DNA of 32,526 bases from the IMG/VR virus record IMGVR_UViG_3300021387_000386. One strand, 5' to 3'. Shown here one piece after another: positions 1 to 5,278 of this stretch. Every line of letters begins with the position of its first letter. Position 1 is the first letter of the stretch. Under the pieces are notes generated by a model. The model was not told the DNA's origin and did no database searches. It worked only from the letters and a program-made list of their open reading frames with translations. The position numbers and the translations under genes were made by a program. Source of the stretch: a virus.

Positions 1-107
1 TGTCAAGAACTTTTTAAAAAGTAAAGAAAAATAATTTGTCTGCCGATAGTTATTGCGGTATGAATGAAGCAATGAGACAGAAGAAAGCTTTATATATTCC
101 TCAATTC
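1..107. repeat. Terminal direct repeat, left copy (wrap-around of a circular or concatemeric genome)
   Basis: Bases 1-107 (tgtcaagaactttttaaaaag...tatatattcctcaattc) recur base-for-base at 32420-32526. The match is cut only by the window end and carries the 5' end of ORF 36..1307. Confidence 0.9.
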
Positions 108-1307
108 GTGGCCGGTAAAATTACAAACAAACAGTGTGCCGCACTTATCGGAATTTCTACCGTGTCCGTTTCAAGAATAAAGAAACGCTATCTGCTTAAA
201 GGTGACAAGGCTTTTATCCACGGGCACACGGGCAAGCCGTCACATAACCGCAAGTTTAGCGCAAAAGACAAAAAATATATAGTGGGTTTATATAAAAAAT
301 ATTTTCCTTACGCTCCGTATGAAATATTTTTAGAAACCCTGAAAAGTGACTTCAAAATAAACGTTTCCTATACTTCTGTTTACACAATGTTAGACGGTGC
401 CGGGATGATGTCGCCGAAAGCTCACAAGCCTGTAAAAGAAAAGAAAAAGCATTTACCGCGCCCGGAACGTCCACACGAAGGCGAACTTGTGCAGCTGGAC
501 GGGTGCAAGCATGATTGGTTTATGAACGGGCATTATACCTGTATACATGGATGTATCGACGACGCAACACACAAAGCAACGTCGCTTTATATGATGGAAA
601 ACGAATGCTTAATGGGCTATCAACAGAACATCCGGCAAACCTACGAATTAACCGGCGGTTTTCCAGAAGCGGCGTACACCGACAGAAGCGAAATATTTTT
701 TGTTACAAAAGAAAGCCTGAATAAAATAACGATAGAAGAACAGCTGCAAGGATATGAAAAACGACAGACGCAATGGCAGAAAATGTGCAAGGAATTGAAC
801 GTTAAAACAATTGCGGCCCTGTCTCCGCAAGCGAAAGGCAGAATAGAAAGGTTATGGGAAACGCTGCAAGGCCGGCTTCCTTATCTGTTCAGGTATTACG
901 GCATAGATACGATAGACAAAGCAAACGACTTTTTGCGGGAATATCTGCCCCGATTTAATGCGCTGTTTTCTGTTGAAGCTCGCGAAAGTGTCAAACGATG
1001 GCACCGAAAACAAGTTGATGATGTTGAACTGCTCTTTTCTGTTAAGTCGGAACATACAGCAAAAGCAAACGGAACCTTTGTTTATCATGGCGAAAAGTTC
1101 CGCGTAAATCTGCCATTCAAAAAGTTTACGCTTTGCGTGTCTCCTACAATCGGCGTAAAGGCTTTTTATAATGGCAGATATTACAATGTAGAACTTGCCG
1201 AACCTCTGCAAGATACAATTTCGGATTCTATGCCGATAGTTGAAAAAGAGTTGATCCGGCGGTATTTCTACCGCGACGGGCATTCTAATCTAGCAGAAGT
1301 AAGATAA
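36..1307 (+). CDS. DDE (rve-type) transposase/integrase, ISNCY/IS481-like
   Basis: 423-aa ORF with an N-terminal HTH-like segment (ITNKQCAALIGISTVSVSRIKKRY). Integrase-core signatures follow: QLDGCKHDWF..CIDDATHK (D1), AAYTDRSEIF (D2) and SPQAKGRIERLWETLQGRL (E). TTG at 36, first ATG at 60, no good SD for either. Confidence 0.75.
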   Translation: MSADSYCGMNEAMRQKKALYIPQFVAGKITNKQCAALIGISTVSVSRIKKRYLLKGDKAFIHGHTGKPSHNRKFSAKDKKYIVGLYKKYFPYAPYEIFLETLKSDFKINVSYTSVYTMLDGAGMMSPKAHKPVKEKKKHLPRPERPHEGELVQLDGCKHDWFMNGHYTCIHGCIDDATHKATSLYMMENECLMGYQQNIRQTYELTGGFPEAAYTDRSEIFFVTKESLNKITIEEQLQGYEKRQTQWQKMCKELNVKTIAALSPQAKGRIERLWETLQGRLPYLFRYYGIDTIDKANDFLREYLPRFNALFSVEARESVKRWHRKQVDDVELLFSVKSEHTAKANGTFVYHGEKFRVNLPFKKFTLCVSPTIGVKAFYNGRYYNVELAEPLQDTISDSMPIVEKELIRRYFYRDGHSNLAEVR

Positions 1308-1697
1308 TTACAAAGCTTCGTATTCTGCGCGAAGCTCTGCAATTGCGCTTTCGATTTCCTGCAATTTGTTCAGGTCCTCTTCTGTGGCAATGTTGAGCGC
1401 AACGGCACGGCTTGCCCGCAAGCCTTTGTTTTCGATTTCTGCAATTTCGCGTCTTATCTGCTCTTTGCGCTCTGCCGCGTGCTCTGCATCTTTCTGTTCC
1501 TGGCTCTTTCCCAGAACGATAGAACCGTTTACAAGCCGTGCTGTGCTTTCATATTCTGTGTACCATTCATCAAGCGTGCAGCTTGTTTTCGGCTTTGTTG
1601 TGTAGCCGTCTTTTTTGGCTTCTTCCGGGTCGGTGTTGAAATAAACGCTGTTTCCGTCTGTTGATTTCCAGAAATAAATCATTGCTTCTTCATTCAT
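1308..1697 (-). CDS. Hypothetical protein (last gene after the DGR RT)
   Basis: 129-aa ORF starting 6 nt after the RT stop. The C-terminal half looks coiled-coil (EQIRREIAEIENK...LQEIESAIAELRAEYEAL). No family recognised. Confidence 0.55.
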   Translation of the reverse strand: MNEEAMIYFWKSTDGNSVYFNTDPEEAKKDGYTTKPKTSCTLDEWYTEYESTARLVNGSIVLGKSQEQKDAEHAAERKEQIRREIAEIENKGLRASRAVALNIATEEDLNKLQEIESAIAELRAEYEAL

Positions 1698-1703
1698 AAA
1701 TTT

Positions 1704-2822
1704 TTACCCCTCTATAAATAGTTTGTTGTATAATTTGTCAGTATTTTTAAGTAGTGTTTTACTGTCAAAATACTGCATAAACCCACGCCATGAGCTGTAA
1801 AACTCTGCAATCTGTTTTCGGTCAAGTTCGCCTTCATCAAGCTTCTTTCTGAACTTCTTTAATTTTCGCCGTTCACGTTTGACGCTTTCACGTCCGCCGG
1901 ATTTTATTATTTTCCCGGTCCTTCCGAACTTATAACGGCAATGCAGAAAATCAACGCCGTGTTTAATAGGCGTGATTCTTGTTTTCTTTGGATTCAGGCG
2001 GATTTTGTATTTTTCACAAAGCTTTGAAATTTCTTTTAAGGCGTTTTGCAGCTCTTCTTTTGAATTACACAAAATATAAGAATCGTCCATATAGCGCCCA
2101 TAAAAGCGCATTCTTAATTTTTCTTTTATGAAGTGGTCTATTTTATTAGGAAAGAAAACTGCTAAAATCTGCGAAACTTGACTTCCTAAGCCCAGCCCCA
2201 CTGGTCCGAACTCCTGAACGTAATATTTTGTCAGTGCTAAAAGCGTTTTATCTTTTATCTGTTCGGAAAGCATTTGAAATAGTGATTCGTGGTCGATGTT
2301 GTCGAAATATTTTGAAAAGTCGATTGTAAGAACATAACCAGAAGCGCCGTATTTTCTGTAATATTCTGCAAGATGGCGTTGAATGCGTTTGCGGGCAAAC
2401 TGTGTGCCCTTGCCCTGTAAACATGCGCCGTTATCGTAAATAAGCGGGCGTTTGAGAATTGGAACTAAACATTTGTCGCAAAGTGCTTTTTGCATTACTC
2501 GTTCGCAAATATGCGGTGATTTTATATGCCGTGTTTTTCCTCTTTCGTTTATATCAAAACAAACAAAACCGCGTGTTACGGCTATTTTATTTTCTACGCT
2601 GCGCACGGTGTCGAAAATGTTTTTCAGTAAATACATTTCGTAATATTGCACTGAATGTTTCCAGGCAACGCCCTTTCTGGCACTTCTGAAAGCTTCTAAA
2701 TATATGTCGGGATTTTTTAAGATGTCGTAATTATCAAAACAAGCGTTTGCAGCTTGCCTGCGCTGGTTGCGTTTTTCGGTTCGTCTCTGTCTTCTTGCGT
2801 CTTTTCGGTCTTGTGAAGTCAT
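1704..2822 (-). CDS. DGR reverse transcriptase
   Basis: 372 aa with RT motifs TIDFSKYFDNIDH (A), GLGLGSQVSQILAVFF (the [ILV]GxxxSQ signature of DGR RTs) and YGRYMDDSYIL (YxDD). It sits 3' of a TR that matches two VRs with adenine-only mismatches. Confidence 0.92.
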   Translation of the reverse strand: MTSQDRKDARRQRRTEKRNQRRQAANACFDNYDILKNPDIYLEAFRSARKGVAWKHSVQYYEMYLLKNIFDTVRSVENKIAVTRGFVCFDINERGKTRHIKSPHICERVMQKALCDKCLVPILKRPLIYDNGACLQGKGTQFARKRIQRHLAEYYRKYGASGYVLTIDFSKYFDNIDHESLFQMLSEQIKDKTLLALTKYYVQEFGPVGLGLGSQVSQILAVFFPNKIDHFIKEKLRMRFYGRYMDDSYILCNSKEELQNALKEISKLCEKYKIRLNPKKTRITPIKHGVDFLHCRYKFGRTGKIIKSGGRESVKRERRKLKKFRKKLDEGELDRKQIAEFYSSWRGFMQYFDSKTLLKNTDKLYNKLFIEG

Positions 2823-3064
2823 AATTTATAAATGGCCGCGTATAACGTTACAGTGTTTTTCTACACTATATGTCTGCCTTAGTCTACGTTACTTTGTGCC
2901 GGAAGTATGAAACATGCGATTACAGACGGCGCATGCCATGCAAGAAGCGTCCACTTCCTCACATCGCGGCCCGATTCGTGCTCCTGATTATTCAGGAAAC
3001 ACCGGATCACAAACCTCCTTTCCCTGGCTCGTCGTCCGGCATAATGTCAGACTGTTTGCCAGCT
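2823..3064 (-). other. Spacer between TR and RT; probably part of the TR-containing DGR RNA. 3007-3064 is still inside the Avd-like reading frame that runs through the TR
   Basis: About 240 nt between the TR end (3065) and the RT start (2822). No convincing independent coding ORF lies in the sense direction. In characterised DGRs this position is the spacer of the DGR RNA. No structure claimed. Confidence 0.4.
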
Positions 3065-3633
3065 AAATCGAAACGAACCCCGTTGTTGCCATTGGAAGCC
3101 GAATTGTAGTTGGCATTCCCGTTGTTGTTGCAGTTGCAGAAATTCGCAGATATAGGCTCGGCCCGTTGTAAACTTTTTAATATTTTTGCGTTGGATTTCT
3201 TCCAGCGTCTTAAAACCTTTATAAGATGGTCGATTTCGTCGGCATAGTGCAAAAGACAACGCAAAGTTTCCGGGAACACGTCGGCGCAATATTCAAGCTC
3301 ATTTTGCAGCGCTTCCGCGGTTCCTATTGCATAGTCCTGCAATAACCTTCTTTTATCAACTTCCAGCACACAAGCCGGATAAATCGAATTAGCGATTGAA
3401 ATATACTGCATAAGCTTTTGTAAAAGCCCCAGTATGTCTTTGCGGATAAAATCAACCATATAGGCGGGGTATTGTTCTTTCTGGTTTACAACTGTATTTT
3501 CTTCGGTTGTAAAAGTTTCATTTTTTGAATTGAACTTATTTAATAAATCACACGAAATTTCCCGCCGCAATTCACGTGCAATTTTATAAAAAAGAAGCGA
3601 ACTTTCGCTTCTCTGGTCGGCTCTAACGCTCAT
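3007..3633 (-). CDS. Putative Avd-like DGR accessory protein (ORF runs on through the TR)
   Basis: Sits between target gene and TR, the canonical avd position. ATG at 3633 has AGGAA 9 nt upstream; the track ORF starts at TTG 3684. The sequence looks helix-rich and basic (ADEIDHLIKVLRRWKKSNAKILKSLQR). The C-terminal ~50 aa are simply the in-frame translation of the TR. Confidence 0.5.
   Translation of the reverse strand: MSVRADQRSESSLLFYKIARELRREISCDLLNKFNSKNETFTTEENTVVNQKEQYPAYMVDFIRKDILGLLQKLMQYISIANSIYPACVLEVDKRRLLQDYAIGTAEALQNELEYCADVFPETLRCLLHYADEIDHLIKVLRRWKKSNAKILKSLQRAEPISANFCNCNNNGNANYNSASNGNNGVRFDLAGKQSDIMPDDEPGKGGL
3065..3150 (-). repeat. DGR template repeat (TR)
   Basis: 86-nt block homologous to 3737-3822 and 23601-23686. 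The sense strand reads SANFCNCNNNGNANYNSASNGNNGVRFD. It has 24 adenines, 22 of them in 11 AAY (Asn) codons. Every mismatch to either VR is at one of these adenines. Confidence 0.93.
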
Positions 3634-3694
3634 TTTTTGAATTCCTATTTTTGATTTTATTTTGTTTTGTTTCCTAGTCTTCAATCTTCACAAG

Positions 3695-3711
3695 GCACCC
3701 GCAAGGGGTGC
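3695..3711 (-). promoter_or_regulatory. GC-rich hairpin 3' of VR1 (candidate DGR target-recognition element)
   Basis: GCACCC-gcaag-GGGTGC, a 6-bp stem with a 5-nt loop, 25 nt beyond the VR1 end. An outer inverted repeat cctagtct (3673-3680) / agactagg (3729-3736) brackets it. Confidence 0.55.
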
Positions 3712-3726
3712 GCAGATGTTCAGATT

Positions 3727-4587
3727 TCAGACTAGGAAAGCGAAACGAACCCCGCGGTCGCCATTGGAAGCCGAAGCGTAGCTGGCACTCCCGCCGCTGC
3801 GGCAGTCGCAGAAATTCGCAGAATCGCCCGTATATGGTGACGCTTCCCACCACCACCAGCGCGAACCGTTCCAGTTTGCAATTCGCTTTTGCGGAAATTC
3901 AGAGAACAAAGGCCACTGAACAGAAGTGCCGGTTGAATAACCTTTGTTGTTACTCCATGCCTGATGGCCGAAAACTTCAATTTCTGTCGGAAGAAAAACT
4001 GTTTCGGCAAGCCACACCCAGTCGGTCTTGTTATCAAGTAAGCGGTGAACGGTTTTTGGCGTAATTCCGATAGCGTTAACAAGCCCTGTTTTTACCTGGT
4101 TGTTTAAGTAAGCGCAAAGCTCGCTTGCAGCATATCCGCCGGCGTTTGTATTGGTGCTGTTCATTGCTTTTTGAAAAACGCAGTTTTTCGAGATCATCAA
4201 AATATGATGTGAAGAAACCGGCGTGTCACCGACATTCAAGTAAGTGTCAAAGCCTGCAATCTCAAAGCGTAAACGCTGGTTACTGTTGGAAATTGCGCTT
4301 CCGTCAATTGTCATTGATGATACGTCGATATAGTCGCCAAGTCGCAAGCCGTTGAAATTGCCTGCGTCTGCACGTGTGCGAAGTGCTGCAAAAGCGGCGG
4401 CGGCGTTTGCAACTCCTAAAACTGTAACAAGATTGCGCCCTACATCCGGGCGGTTTGGCGAAAGATAGCCTTCCAGCCCTTCTGGTGATGTCTTGTACTG
4501 GTCGGCAATAAGAATAGAATCATCCTTTTGCGGCGTTCTTGCCGTTAAGGTAGACACCGGAACAATTCCGGTTATGTCATTACTCAT
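3727..4587 (-). CDS. DGR target protein 1 (variable C-terminal ligand-binding domain; probable receptor-binding or tail accessory protein)
   Basis: The C-terminal 30 aa are VR1, preceded by the RWWWWEASP motif shared with the second target. Start chosen at ATG 4587 (AGGAG 10 nt upstream, preceded by the conserved late motif) rather than the SD-less ATG 4638. Located just after the tail-tip genes. Confidence 0.85.
   Translation of the reverse strand: MSNDITGIVPVSTLTARTPQKDDSILIADQYKTSPEGLEGYLSPNRPDVGRNLVTVLGVANAAAAFAALRTRADAGNFNGLRLGDYIDVSSMTIDGSAISNSNQRLRFEIAGFDTYLNVGDTPVSSHHILMISKNCVFQKAMNSTNTNAGGYAASELCAYLNNQVKTGLVNAIGITPKTVHRLLDNKTDWVWLAETVFLPTEIEVFGHQAWSNNKGYSTGTSVQWPLFSEFPQKRIANWNGSRWWWWEASPYTGDSANFCDCRSGGSASYASASNGDRGVRFAFLV
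3737..3822 (-). repeat. DGR variable repeat VR1
   Basis: 86-nt alignment to the TR with 14 mismatches, all at TR positions that are T on the + strand (A in sense). It encodes the C-terminus SANFCDCRSGGSASYASASNGDRGVRFAFLV of the target protein. Confidence 0.93.
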
Positions 4588-4601
4588 AGGTTTTGTGCTC
4601 C

Positions 4602-4626
4602 TATAAGTAATAGTCAGTTTTGTTTT
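4602..4626 (-). promoter_or_regulatory. Conserved late-gene upstream motif, copy A
   Basis: Sense strand AAAACAAAACTGACTATTACTTATAGGAG, directly before the SD and ATG of target gene 1. Near-identical copies lie at 17461, 19164 and 23512. Confidence 0.6.
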
Positions 4627-4651
4627 AGAATTTTGCATTTTTTTGAAAATA

Positions 4652-4660
4652 TGTTATAAT
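4652..4660 (+). promoter_or_regulatory. Extended -10 promoter element (TGTTATAAT) for the exonuclease gene
   Basis: TGtTATAAT at 4652-4660, with the ATG (4667) only 6 nt after the -10 hexamer and no SD. This fits a leaderless mRNA. No good -35. Confidence 0.35.
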
Positions 4661-4666
4661 TTTTGC

Positions 4667-5278
4667 ATGATTTACGCTTTACTTGCAATTATTTGTTTTA
4701 TTATCGTTGGTATCATCAATAGAAAAATTAAGAAGGCGAAAAAAGAAGAAGAAGGGGTTTCCGCCGACTTAGACGAAATTCTTATTTTTGATACCGAAAC
4801 AACCGGCATATTTCCAGATTCAGAAGAAATACTTGAACTTGCAGCAATCAACGGTCTAGGCGAAGTTTTGTTTCACGAACGCTTCAAGCCTGAAAAGAAA
4901 AAGTCATGGCCGAAAGCGCAAGCAATCCACGGAATCAAGCCCGCCGATGTTAAAGACTGTAAGCCGATAAGTGACTATTTACCACAACTTCAAGAAATAT
5001 TCAGCAAGCCGAAAATTATATGCGGTTATAACGTCAGCTTTGATTTAAAGTTTATTCATGCCGCCGGAATAAAAACAAACGCACCCGGCATTATTGATGT
5101 TATGAAACGCTTTGCGGATAGTCGCGGAATCTATGACGAAAAGCACGGTCATAACAAGTGGTTCAAACTTGAAGAAGCTGCAAAATATTACAACTACCAG
5201 TTTGAACCACACGGCGCACTTGAAGACTGCAAAGCGACTTTGTTTGTATTAAAGAAGCTGCAAGGCATTGAAGATTAA
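4667..5278 (+). CDS. Membrane-anchored DEDDh 3'-5' exonuclease (DnaQ/epsilon-like)
   Basis: Exo motifs ILIFDTETTG (ExoI), GYNVSFDLKF (ExoII) and HGALEDCKA (ExoIII, H-x4-D). The N-terminus IYALLAIICFIIVGII followed by NRKIKKAKKEEE looks like a signal-anchor. The track ORF starts at TTG 4643; ATG 4667 is preferred. Confidence 0.8.
   Translation: MIYALLAIICFIIVGIINRKIKKAKKEEEGVSADLDEILIFDTETTGIFPDSEEILELAAINGLGEVLFHERFKPEKKKSWPKAQAIHGIKPADVKDCKPISDYLPQLQEIFSKPKIICGYNVSFDLKFIHAAGIKTNAPGIIDVMKRFADSRGIYDEKHGHNKWFKLEEAAKYYNYQFEPHGALEDCKATLFVLKKLQGIED

Noticed and set aside
1-107. The terminal 107-bp direct repeats could be prophage attL/attR cores, LTR-like ends or IS ends.
   Set aside because: The identity runs to the very last base of the window, so it is truncated by the window and not by biology. 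The repeat contains a promoter and the 5' end of an ORF. The enclosed content is exactly one full phage gene set. Assembly wrap-around of a circular genome is the simpler explanation.
36-1307. The transposase could mark a discrete IS element inserted into the phage.
   Set aside because: No terminal inverted repeats were found by eye, and the ORF stop directly abuts the neighbouring gene's stop, leaving no space for a right end. It is kept as a resident recombinase hypothesis. A relaxed computational IR search is still needed.
1314-1336. The hairpin AGCTTCG-n9-CGAAGCT between the convergent transposase and 1308..1697 genes could be a bidirectional terminator.
   Set aside because: It lies inside the coding 3' end of 1308..1697 and has no flanking T/A run on either strand.
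1704-2822. The RT could be a retron, group II intron or Abi-type defence RT.
   Set aside because: There are no intron RNA domains or maturase/endonuclease extension and no msr/msd-like inverted repeats. The SQ-containing motif 4 and an adjacent TR with adenine-only mismatches to two VRs identify it as a DGR RT.
3047-3856. ORFs 3047..3289 and 3674..3856 (…ECQLQFGFQWQQRGSFRF… and …ECQLRFGFQWRPRGSFRF…) look like a conserved paralogous pair.
   Set aside because: They are the same alternative reading frame across the TR and VR1. The similarity is a by-product of the DGR repeats.
4598-4629. The repeated motif TGACTATTACTTATAGGAG resembles the T7-class promoter CGACTCACTATAGGGAGA.
   Set aside because: The alignment needs a 3-nt insertion. 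No single-subunit RNA polymerase gene exists in this 32-kb genome. The resemblance is treated as superficial. The motif itself is kept as a finding without that interpretation.
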